From a virus (taxonomy: Duplodnaviria > Caudoviricetes): a stretch of 45,226 nt of DNA. Position numbers and translations under genes: made by a program. Positions 38,011 through 45,226 of this stretch are shown one piece after another (the first letter of the stretch is position 1; each line of letters begins with the position of its first letter). The notes beneath the pieces are model-generated. The model ran no database searches, had not been told where the DNA came from, and saw nothing but the letters and a program-made list of their open reading frames with translations. The DNA is taken from positions 1-45,226 of IMG/VR virus record IMGVR_UViG_3300012953_000054; one strand, 5' to 3'.

Positions 38011-39678
38011 TTATAACTCCAAATCGTTATCCTCTTCTTCATTACTACCTAAACTATCTACCTCTGTCAAGCGTCCTGTGTCATTGTTAAAGAACAGATG
38101 ACACGCTGCACCAGTGTCACCACTGTACCTATTCTTCAACACTCGAATGGTAGTAGTGTTAGCAACATTAGGATCATCAGATTGCTGGTCGCGTTCCATA
38201 GCTACCACTCCGTCTGACAGTTGTGCTATGCTTTGACTGCCCCTAAGATGGGCAAGACTAACTTCCTTACCGTCTTCATGTCCCTTGTCTGCACCTGTCC
38301 TACGTAAGTGAGACACAAGCAGTAAAGCTACGTTAGTTTCTTCTACAATAGATCGTAGCTTAGTCATCAGGTTGTCGATGTTCCTACGCTCATCGTCACC
38401 TTCCAAGCCTGACACAAGGATTGATAGGTGATCAAGGAATATCCACTTACAGTCCAGTGCTTTGATCATGTATCTGATACGTGCAAGTATCTCATCAGTC
38501 CTCATGCTACCAAAGTGATCGAAGGCATAGAACCTACGTGTACCTACCGTAGCTTCTTGCCACTTCTCCAAGTCACCACGACTAAACTGTTCGCGTACTT
38601 CTCTGATGTACAGCCTAGCGTTAGCTTCTACTGACATGAGGTGAAAGATAGTTGAACGTACATTCTCTTCCAAAGAGATGACGCCAATGTTCTCATCTGT
38701 ATTCATAAGTACATGGTGTTGTAACTCTCTGATAACACTGGACTTACCCGTACCAGTACCCGCAGTGAAGGTTACTAACTCACCTGTACGTATGCCGTAC
38801 AGCTTATCGTTCATACCTTGCCAAGGATATGGACAGGTCTTGTAGTTACCTTCCTCGTATAGTGCATCACCCATGTCAGCAAGGTTAAGAATACCTGCTG
38901 GTGTGTACATCTTAGCGTTCCACCATGCACGGGTAAAGTCTTCTCTCTTACCGTTAAGAAGATAGTCGCATGAGTCTTTATAGTCAGTAAGGTTAACGAT
39001 CTTACATTGGTCTGGTTCAAACAGAGATGCTACCTGCTTGGCAGCTTTCTTACCTGCGTCATCTGAATCAAAACACAGAACAATATTATCATACTTAGAT
39101 AAGTATTCTAAGTTATCTTTGCAGTTACGCAATGCAGATGCTGCACCATCTTTGATGGACAGGACAGGCCATTTGCTACCTAGCATCTCATATGCGGCGA
39201 GTGCATCCAGTTCACCTTCGCAAATGGTGACATACTTACCACCACCAGTAAACAGATGCTGACCAAACAGTGTACCGTTAGCTACACTACCAGTAGCATG
39301 AATGTTCTTGGGTAGTGTACGAACTTTATCACCTACATGATTGCCATCGTTGTCGTAGTAAGGATAAAGATGTTGTATAATTTTATTAGAGTTATCTCGT
39401 ACTGTACGAACATTATATTTTCTACACGTAGCTTCAGCTAACTTTCTATCTGGTATGTCAGTAATCTTTCCTTGAGGGGTAGTCATAGGCTTAACTGAAT
39501 TATGTTGTACCTGCTGCATATCATTTCCTTCTGATTTAAAATAAGTACTACAAGAGAAACACCATGCATGTCCATCTGAATACGTTACACAAGCATCACT
39601 AGACTTACATGCAGAGCATGGACCTTTCTTAACAACCGTAGTCTCTATCGTCTGTTGCATAGTTATCGAACCTTTCAA
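38011..39678 (-). CDS. T7 gp4-like primase-helicase
   Basis: CSAC..CFSC Zn finger, EGELD TOPRIM, AGTGTGKS, LDHL, LRGS..I.QLSD, KNR..G; start may be 39660. Confidence 0.97.
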   Translation of the reverse strand: MKGSITMQQTIETTVVKKGPCSACKSSDACVTYSDGHAWCFSCSTYFKSEGNDMQQVQHNSVKPMTTPQGKITDIPDRKLAEATCRKYNVRTVRDNSNKIIQHLYPYYDNDGNHVGDKVRTLPKNIHATGSVANGTLFGQHLFTGGGKYVTICEGELDALAAYEMLGSKWPVLSIKDGAASALRNCKDNLEYLSKYDNIVLCFDSDDAGKKAAKQVASLFEPDQCKIVNLTDYKDSCDYLLNGKREDFTRAWWNAKMYTPAGILNLADMGDALYEEGNYKTCPYPWQGMNDKLYGIRTGELVTFTAGTGTGKSSVIRELQHHVLMNTDENIGVISLEENVRSTIFHLMSVEANARLYIREVREQFSRGDLEKWQEATVGTRRFYAFDHFGSMRTDEILARIRYMIKALDCKWIFLDHLSILVSGLEGDDERRNIDNLMTKLRSIVEETNVALLLVSHLRRTGADKGHEDGKEVSLAHLRGSQSIAQLSDGVVAMERDQQSDDPNVANTTTIRVLKNRYSGDTGAACHLFFNNDTGRLTEVDSLGSNEEEDNDLEL

Positions 39679-40036
39679 TGTCTTCCTCTATACAATTTGT
39701 ACCGTACTGTATCTCAATTATGACTAGTGGTTCTTCTCCTTCATTAACAAGTTGATGCCATGAATAGCATGGGATAGTCAGTGTGTCAAACTTATTGTAG
39801 ATGCCTAACAATTTTTTAAAAGTACGACCTTCATCTAAGGTATAGACTGTAGCTACACCCTGTGCTACAAACCACAGTTCATTCCTTTCCTCATGCCTTT
39901 GCATACTAAGACTACCACCACTCTTAACATATAATTCTTTAGTCTTAACTTTCCAACACACATCACTTGTCATTACAGGATCGTCCTCTTGAGCGTGACA
40001 AGATAACACTTTCCATTCACCCCATCTACGTTTCAT
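39629..40036 (-). CDS. Cupin, mannose-6-phosphate isomerase type II C-terminal-like
   Basis: R.WG, LSMQRH..R.E.W.V..G, WH.L.N, IEIQ.G....EEDIER. Confidence 0.85.
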   Translation of the reverse strand: MKRRWGEWKVLSCHAQEDDPVMTSDVCWKVKTKELYVKSGGSLSMQRHEERNELWFVAQGVATVYTLDEGRTFKKLLGIYNKFDTLTIPCYSWHQLVNEGEEPLVIIEIQYGTNCIEEDIERFDNYATDDRDYGC

Positions 40037-40245
40037 AGTTTCTCTACCATCTTAAAGTAAGTGCGAGGTTTACTATCTACTGAAAAATATTCAGATGCTT
40101 TAGTACATATAGATTTTTTAATGTTATATTTTAGATGAGAGACTAATAGCTTTATACTATCCATACTATCTTTAGCATCTGACACATCTTCATGTTCTTC
40201 TATTACATAATACTTTCTATATTGTTTCTTTAGTATCTGATACAT
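40033..40245 (-). CDS. Hypothetical protein
   Basis: AAGGA RBS; ATGA overlap with cupin. Confidence 0.5.
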   Translation of the reverse strand: MYQILKKQYRKYYVIEEHEDVSDAKDSMDSIKLLVSHLKYNIKKSICTKASEYFSVDSKPRTYFKMVEKL

Positions 40246-40372
40246 AACTATTATCCTTATGTTTTATCTTTCTAACATAAACAGTTTTATCTTTAACTGT
40301 CTTATGACCTAGTGCGCGAAGCCATCGCCAGTTAGGGTCACGTATCTTTGATCTAGTTTTCTTCATCGTCAT
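40217..40372 (-). CDS. 51-aa basic microprotein, ArfA-like motif (not in ORF track)
   Basis: MTMKKTRSKIRDPNWRWLRALGHKTVKDKTVYVRKIKHKDNSYVSDTKETI. Confidence 0.55.
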   Translation of the reverse strand: MTMKKTRSKIRDPNWRWLRALGHKTVKDKTVYVRKIKHKDNSYVSDTKETI

Positions 40373-40532
40373 ACATCAGACTATTAACGAAGGTCATGTC
40401 TGCTTCTTTGATTTCATTTGTTTCTTGTTCAGCTAATCGTTTAGCTTCTTTGTGACTGTATCCTTCTTCAAGGTACATTTGTTTTAGTTCACGAAAGATT
40501 GTCTTACGATCTTTCTCCCATAGGTTCTTCAT
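40353..40532 (-). CDS. 59-aa hypothetical protein (not in ORF track)
   Basis: MKNLWEKDRKTIFRELKQMYLEEGYSHKEAKRLA...; AAGGA RBS. Confidence 0.65.
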   Translation of the reverse strand: MKNLWEKDRKTIFRELKQMYLEEGYSHKEAKRLAEQETNEIKEADMTFVNSLMYDDEEN

Positions 40533-40666
40533 TTTCCTTGTCCTCTATATCTCTTCCAGTTTTTCTTTTTATGTTTGTTCTTAGGGTTAGTGTTATTAGA
40601 ATGACCAATGCTAGTTTGTTGGTGCTTGTTTAGTACAACTTTCTTTTGTTCTTTTTTATTTAACAT
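40529..40666 (-). CDS. 45-aa basic microprotein ending YRGQGK (not in ORF track)
   Basis: ...TSIGHSNNTNPKNKHKKKNWKRYRGQGK; overlaps both neighbours. Confidence 0.65.
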   Translation of the reverse strand: MLNKKEQKKVVLNKHQQTSIGHSNNTNPKNKHKKKNWKRYRGQGK

Positions 40667-41324
40667 CTGTTAACGCTTCCCATGATACAGGATATAAATC
40701 CTTAATGATAGTGTCCCATTGATCTGCTAATACTTGTATCTCTTTCTGTGCATGTTTATCAATACGTAACTTGTATGCTCTTGCAAAGGCAGACAACGAT
40801 CCAGTTACATAGTAACTTGTAAACATGGACTGAGGCAATACCATACGTGCTTGTTCAGGACACACACCTTTACTCAATAGCTGTTGGTATGTCCACTTAC
40901 ATTTCTGTATAGCATGGTGATAGTCATCAACCATAGCTGATCTTGTGTTAATATCTATTACCTCTTCACCACTACCTTGTTTCGCATTGTCTGCTTTACT
41001 TCTCCATTCATCAGGAAAATAAAACTCTGGCATGTTATCAACGTATCTCCTACTTACTTCATTGTAGCTAAATCCTATTGTATGTTTGAACCTTTGTCTT
41101 GCAACAAAGATAGGGATAGTTTCACGTAGTGTTATCATACAATGTGTGAATGGTGTGAAGTGATTGTGCTTGGCAAGGTAGCGTATCAATGCACCATCCT
41201 TACTTGATAACTCTCTACGTACATTATGATTTACTTCCCAATCACTTTCTTTATCGAACGATACTCGCGCTGCATTGACAACAGTTAAGTCTGTACCTAG
41301 ACAAGATATAAGTTCAGCTTGCAT
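40656..41324 (-). CDS. thyX: Flavin-dependent thymidylate synthase
   Basis: VVNAARVSF, H.TPF, PIFVARQ..KH, NEVSRRY, EQARMVLPQ, HAQ.EI. Confidence 0.97.
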   Translation of the reverse strand: MQAELISCLGTDLTVVNAARVSFDKESDWEVNHNVRRELSSKDGALIRYLAKHNHFTPFTHCMITLRETIPIFVARQRFKHTIGFSYNEVSRRYVDNMPEFYFPDEWRSKADNAKQGSGEEVIDINTRSAMVDDYHHAIQKCKWTYQQLLSKGVCPEQARMVLPQSMFTSYYVTGSLSAFARAYKLRIDKHAQKEIQVLADQWDTIIKDLYPVSWEALTDVK

Positions 41325-41487
41325 TTAGTTTTCTTTCTGATAGTTGTTCAAGTTCCACCTCTGCTGTAGATAGTTTTTCTTTTAGATAGTTTACTTGTTC
41401 AATTAATTCTTTTACTTTTTTATATTCTGTATATAATTGTTTGTTAAGTTCTGTTATCTCTTTCTTTGCAATCTCAAGTTGAGTCAT
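41314..41487 (-). CDS. 57-aa coiled-coil protein (not in ORF track)
   Basis: MTQLEIAKKEITELNKQLY...; ATGA overlap with the upstream gene. Confidence 0.6.
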   Translation of the reverse strand: MTQLEIAKKEITELNKQLYTEYKKVKELIEQVNYLKEKLSTAEVELEQLSERKLNAS

Positions 41488-41777
41488 GGTGTCAACTCTT
41501 TTATAATTGTATCTCTTACAAGAGAAAGACGTTGTGCTAGATAAAATAAACCATCTTCTTGTTGTTCATTTAAGGGACGAATATCATTTGTAATATCTAT
41601 TACCTCATTTAAATCACTAACTAACTTAGGTATAACGCCTGTCTTATAGTTTGACATTCTTTGATCCTCACTATCAATTAATCCTGCTAAGTATATACGT
41701 ACTCTGCTAGGATCAAGATGAGTTAGTTCACCATTAGATAATTCTTTAACGAACTTCTTTATATCTTCTAACAACAT
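41484..41777 (-). CDS. Hypothetical protein
   Basis: GGAG RBS, coupled ORF. Confidence 0.6.
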   Translation of the reverse strand: MLLEDIKKFVKELSNGELTHLDPSRVRIYLAGLIDSEDQRMSNYKTGVIPKLVSDLNEVIDITNDIRPLNEQQEDGLFYLAQRLSLVRDTIIKELTP

Positions 41778-42082
41778 TACTCCATCCCAACTCCAAAGTC
41801 ATCTGTAAATCCTGAGTCTCTAAAGTCTACTGTGTTTTGTTTCTTAAATGTAGAAGCATAGTTTATAAGACAATCTAATTCAAACACTAAGTCTGATTTA
41901 AGTTCACTAGTATTTAGTATAGAACCTATAAGATGATCCTTTATTAAATCTTCTAGTGCTACTTTAAATAAGTTTCTTACACCGTGATGGTCTTCATCGT
42001 CATACACTGCTACATAAAGACCATCGTTATGTATTTCAAGTTGAACACGTGCAGCTTTAGAGGGTAGTATCTTTTCAATCAT
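41777..42082 (-). CDS. Hypothetical protein
   Basis: AAGG RBS, acidic C-terminus. Confidence 0.6.
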   Translation of the reverse strand: MIEKILPSKAARVQLEIHNDGLYVAVYDDEDHHGVRNLFKVALEDLIKDHLIGSILNTSELKSDLVFELDCLINYASTFKKQNTVDFRDSGFTDDFGVGME

Positions 42083-42106
42083 CTCTCATTACCTTTTTAT
42101 AAGTTA

Positions 42107-42144
42107 GGGACGAATCTACTACACCAGTGTAACAGACTCGTCCC
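42107..42144 (-). other. 17-bp intergenic RNA hairpin
   Basis: GGGACGAGUCUGUUACA-CUGG-UGUAGUAGAUUCGUCCC; 14 Watson-Crick and 3 G-U pairs on the minus strand. Confidence 0.75.
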
Positions 42145-42151
42145 CATACAA

Positions 42152-42346
42152 CTAATGAATGTGTGTCATGTAGCTAGGTAGCTCTTCGTAGTCTTCATCC
42201 CATTCTACCAAGCCATTTAAGAAATCATTTATGTCTTCAATATCAACAGCTTCCAAGTATTCTTGGTCAACCACATCCATAAGATAAGCGCGCATGTGAT
42301 TAGGAATTTCTGTATGACAAGAATAATCGTAATGTCTTTCACTCAT
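42152..42346 (-). CDS. Small acidic protein
   Basis: AAGGA RBS; D/E-rich. Confidence 0.6.
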   Translation of the reverse strand: MSERHYDYSCHTEIPNHMRAYLMDVVDQEYLEAVDIEDINDFLNGLVEWDEDYEELPSYMTHIH

Positions 42347-42372
42347 TATACTAATCCTTTAGTTGTGTCTAG

Positions 42373-43287
42373 TTATGCTGCTTCAAGAAAGTCCTCAAAG
42401 GTCTTAGACTTTAACCATCCATTGACTGTCTGTTGCCGCTTGAATAGTGTACCATTATCACCAGCACTAGTCAAGCCAAACCGTTCGTCATCGTGTGAGG
42501 CGAAGTGGGTCATAGCTGAGACAAGAGAGAACACATTGTTACCTCGTTCTTGTACCTCATCAGTGTACTGTGCGAACAACCTGTCAGCTAGACCATTAGC
42601 CTTCTTAGGTTTATCTTCTAAATTGATAGAAGGGTTAACTAACTTCTTGAATAGTTCCTTGATCTTTACACTGTTAGTTAGTTGTGTATCTGCCCACACT
42701 TGGTACTGTTGTACTGACTGCATGTGCGTCAACAAACTCTGATCGAATGCACGTAAGAAACCATCGATAGTAAAGTTCTTTGTGTGTCTTGCGCGTGCTA
42801 CATCAAATGTCCCATTGATCTGTCCATTAGTACAAAAGAAATCTATGTCTCCACTGTACATCAACGCACTGCTACTGCCATCGTGACTGTTCTTCATAAT
42901 GTATCGAAGACCAATCTCTGTCTTGTGTCCCGTCCTTGTCTCGACAGGCTTGGCTATCTTGGGTAGAATGTATTCAGCAAAGCACACTGCTCCCCCTTTC
43001 AATACATGATCCTTAATCTGGATGTCCTCTAATACTTGAGGATCAAAGTGATTAACCATCTGTTCTTGTAAAGGCATAAACAGTTCTTTGTTTTCTACTA
43101 CTCTATAGTTGCTATTTACTACAGACAAATACGTTTCATCTGCCAACGATACACCTTCTCCACTTGGTGCGCGGGTCAACATCTTTTTATTAGCCGCTAA
43201 ACTCTGGGTGAAGTTTCCTATTACACCCTGCTCAAAGATAGAGAAAAAGATTTCACGGTCATTGGTAGTAGTAAGTTGATCTAACAT
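42373..43287 (-). CDS. DUF932/DUF945 family protein
   Basis: V...Y..V.N, NSHDGSS, F.CTNG, HT, N.F.L..A.T..ASH. Confidence 0.85.
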   Translation of the reverse strand: MLDQLTTTNDREIFFSIFEQGVIGNFTQSLAANKKMLTRAPSGEGVSLADETYLSVVNSNYRVVENKELFMPLQEQMVNHFDPQVLEDIQIKDHVLKGGAVCFAEYILPKIAKPVETRTGHKTEIGLRYIMKNSHDGSSSALMYSGDIDFFCTNGQINGTFDVARARHTKNFTIDGFLRAFDQSLLTHMQSVQQYQVWADTQLTNSVKIKELFKKLVNPSINLEDKPKKANGLADRLFAQYTDEVQERGNNVFSLVSAMTHFASHDDERFGLTSAGDNGTLFKRQQTVNGWLKSKTFEDFLEAA

Positions 43288-43288
43288 T

Positions 43289-43489
43289 TTAATCTTCCTT
43301 GTTGTCGTTCATGTCATCAAGTATTTGTTTCTTGGTGAAGCCAAGCCTCACCATATTCTTAATATACTCTTCAGTATCTATAGCACCATAAGCATATAAG
43401 GTATTGATCTTATTTACTTTTTTCTGCCAGAAATCTTCAACTGGTACTACATTATCTTCTGTTGTTTTCTTTGTCATTCTACAAGTCAT
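43289..43489 (-). CDS. Hypothetical protein
   Basis: GGAGG RBS, coupled ORF. Confidence 0.55.
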   Translation of the reverse strand: MTCRMTKKTTEDNVVPVEDFWQKKVNKINTLYAYGAIDTEEYIKNMVRLGFTKKQILDDMNDNKED

Positions 43490-43722
43490 TCACCCTCCAT
43501 CTTAAATATAATATCTTTAGTGTTGTTCTTATTATATCTTTCTATAACTATACGATCATTCGTTCCTATCACTGATCGTATACCATTACATATCCAAGCA
43601 TACAAATTAAAATTTTCTATATTGTATGGATGAACAGAGTGTATAGTATTCATATAGTCTTTTGTTCCGACTCTACTTATAATTGTTTTGTACCATACAC
43701 CATCCTCTATCAGTAGCTGCAT
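43486..43722 (-). CDS. Hypothetical protein
   Basis: Tiled early-region ORF. Confidence 0.5.
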   Translation of the reverse strand: MQLLIEDGVWYKTIISRVGTKDYMNTIHSVHPYNIENFNLYAWICNGIRSVIGTNDRIVIERYNKNNTKDIIFKMEGE

Positions 43723-43916
43723 GATCTTTCCAATACATTCAGACGATTCATTACGTTACTATAATTTATTATCTGATGATCGCTGTCAAGTTTTTTCTTG
43801 ATGCCTTTGATTTGTTGGTGTTGTACTACACTGGATGTAGCACCACCAGCTACAATGAGTGGTGTAAGACATCCAGTTAGTAACAGAGACAAGAGAACAC
43901 ACATGCTAATCTTCAT
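43710..43916 (-). CDS. Putative lipoprotein
   Basis: GGAGG RBS before ATG 43916; MKISMCVLLSLLLTGC lipobox. Confidence 0.65.
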   Translation of the reverse strand: MKISMCVLLSLLLTGCLTPLIVAGGATSSVVQHQQIKGIKKKLDSDHQIINYSNVMNRLNVLERSCSY

Positions 43917-44061
43917 CGTAGTTTCCTCCATACTTAGCTTCCCATTCGTCACAGTATTCTAAGTACTTTGCTTGAAATGCCATTGGATCATACATCCATT
44001 TAGGTAATGGTCCATCAAACCTGCGTTCGTATTCATCTGCAAACTCGTACTTGGTCATCAT
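43906..44061 (-). CDS. 51-aa acidic/aromatic protein (not in ORF track)
   Basis: MMTKYEFADEYERRFDGPLPKWMYDP...; GAGGA RBS. Confidence 0.55.
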   Translation of the reverse strand: MMTKYEFADEYERRFDGPLPKWMYDPMAFQAKYLEYCDEWEAKYGGNYDED

Positions 44062-44222
44062 CGTTTAAGTTTCCTCATATAATAACTGCATAGTATAAGT
44101 ATCATACCATACAATAGAATGCAAACTGAAAGCCAATGCTCTTGCACTGACTCGTTGTAGTATGTACCATGCAAACCTGCAATAGCACACACTACACCAA
44201 TAACTAACATTACCGTAGGCAT
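44058..44222 (-). CDS. 54-aa two-TM membrane protein (not in ORF track)
   Basis: Two hydrophobic stretches, basic C-terminus RKLKR. Confidence 0.55.
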   Translation of the reverse strand: MPTVMLVIGVVCAIAGLHGTYYNESVQEHWLSVCILLYGMILILCSYYMRKLKR

Positions 44223-44223
44223 A

Positions 44224-44415
44224 CTAAACTAGTATGTCAATCTTACTACCACCATACAAGGTAGCAATCACTTCTTTTTCTCCCTCCTCATCCATCACCT
44301 CAACAGAGACGGTAACGAACTGTCCTCCTTCATGCGAGGTGGAAGGAATTATCTGTTCCACAAGTCTCACTTTAGATACGTTATGTACTGGTACTTGTCC
44401 GATACGAATACTCAT
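44224..44415 (-). CDS. Hypothetical protein
   Basis: AGGAG RBS. Confidence 0.6.
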   Translation of the reverse strand: MSIRIGQVPVHNVSKVRLVEQIIPSTSHEGGQFVTVSVEVMDEEGEKEVIATLYGGSKIDILV

Positions 44416-44881
44416 TTTCTTTACTCCTTAACTTTTCAAAACATTATTATTAGGCAACCTGTTCTTATCGATAGTTTCGAGAGCGTCAATCAACGTCTCT
44501 GCTTTCTCAACCATCGTGTCGTGTAGACTTTTCTTACTAACTCCTTCGTCTATATCCTTATACGCTTCCCATTTGATACAGAAATCAAAGTCAGTCCAAT
44601 GACCCATGTTAACGTGTCGATGAATACCCTGTTTAATTTTAAGTGTTCTATAGTTATTGTATCCACCACAGGGTAATGCTTCTGGATCATGCTGCCATAC
44701 GTTTATATTATCGCGCCAGAGTTTAACATCTTCTTCGGCAAAGAATATGCGTCCGTTGTGTGCCTGTTTTGCCATCAGTTTTCCTTGATGACGAGCAGCA
44801 TACACACTACTCTCAGCAAGTCCGGTGGCGATTGATACGTCTGCTACAGTCATGTTATACATTTTCATTTTCTTTACTCCT
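44412..44881 (-). repeat. 17-bp direct repeat (44412-44428 and 44865-44881) spanning RBS and start codon
   Basis: AGGAGTAAAGAAAATGA identical in both copies. Confidence 0.85.
44428..44868 (-). CDS. Protein with N-terminal excisionase/MerR-like HTH
   Basis: MTVADVS..TGL...SVY....GKL.A....GRI.F...DV..W. Confidence 0.7.
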   Translation of the reverse strand: MKMYNMTVADVSIATGLAESSVYAARHQGKLMAKQAHNGRIFFAEEDVKLWRDNINVWQHDPEALPCGGYNNYRTLKIKQGIHRHVNMGHWTDFDFCIKWEAYKDIDEGVSKKSLHDTMVEKAETLIDALETIDKNRLPNNNVLKS

Positions 44882-45029
44882 CTTCCAGTAGTTCTAGTTG
44901 GCGCTTGTTGTTGACGGCGTTGACCAGCAGCGTGATCTGCTTGTCATCTAATACCTTCTCCATATTCTGAAGGTGTGAGTCGCCACTATTTTGTAGTTCG
45001 CGTCGAATTTGTTTGATTGATTTACTCAT
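44874..45029 (-). CDS. 51-aa hypothetical protein (not in ORF track)
   Basis: MSKSIKQIRRELQNSGDSHLQ...; ATGA overlap with the upstream gene. Confidence 0.5.
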   Translation of the reverse strand: MSKSIKQIRRELQNSGDSHLQNMEKVLDDKQITLLVNAVNNKRQLELLEEE

Positions 45030-45142
45030 TCGTCATAACCTCCATGAATAGGACAGGCAGGATCAGGAATAGGTGACCACTCTAATTCTACACAGGTGCA
45101 TAGGTCATTAAGACATTGACCTTCTTCAATTTCACTCATCAT
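45026..45142 (-). CDS. 38-aa CxC...CPxH microprotein (not in ORF track)
   Basis: CTC...DPACPIHG putative Zn-binding motif; AAGGA RBS. Confidence 0.55.
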   Translation of the reverse strand: MMSEIEEGQCLNDLCTCVELEWSPIPDPACPIHGGYDE

Positions 45143-45226
45143 TGTATCCTTTACGTAAGATAGTATTCATTACCATCATAGATTGTTACATCTACTTTGT
45201 CATCTACCTCTTCTGTTTTCCATTCA

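Noticed and set aside
30264-39678. Inteins or introns in nrdJ, polA or helicase; cobalamin riboswitch before nrdJ
   Set aside because: Genes are compact and continuous; only 3 nt separate nrdJ from the upstream gene
44428-44868. Excisionase implying a temperate lifestyle
   Set aside because: Only an HTH resemblance; no integrase, repressor or att site in the window
1-45226. Stop-codon reassignment or T7-type RNAP promoter repeats
   Set aside because: TAA, TAG and TGA all end well-defined genes with dense tiling; no repeated ~20-bp promoter noticed

Overview
This window is most of an AT-rich, probably lytic, podovirus-like dsDNA phage genome that resembles marine alphaproteobacterial phages (SIO1/cobavirus-like replication genes, uvMED-like structural genes). 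It has two convergent arms. The + strand (1-24924) is morphogenesis: the 3' end of the major capsid gene, adaptors, small basic proteins, tail fibres, nozzle, three large internal/ejection proteins and two GNAT-like paralogs. The - strand (45226-25066) holds small early genes, DUF932, thyX, primase-helicase, PolA, SSB, gmd, nucleases, class II RNR, a 2OG-Fe(II) oxygenase, sHSP, glycosyltransferases, holin/spanin-like genes and TerS. TerL, portal, endolysin, RNA polymerase, integrase, tRNA and CRISPR were not seen. Main leads: (1) a recurrent x-x-GG motif and a repeated HxxxxE/NPxTGL module in internal virion proteins, next to duplicated GNATs, suggesting a protein loading/processing system; (2) a dispersed GDP-sugar glycosylation pathway including a GT-methyltransferase-Maf fusion; (3) strong CCWGG avoidance; (4) a ROSE-like thermometer on hsp20; (5) unannotated microproteins, one ArfA-like. 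All calls come from motif recognition by eye; no searches were run.
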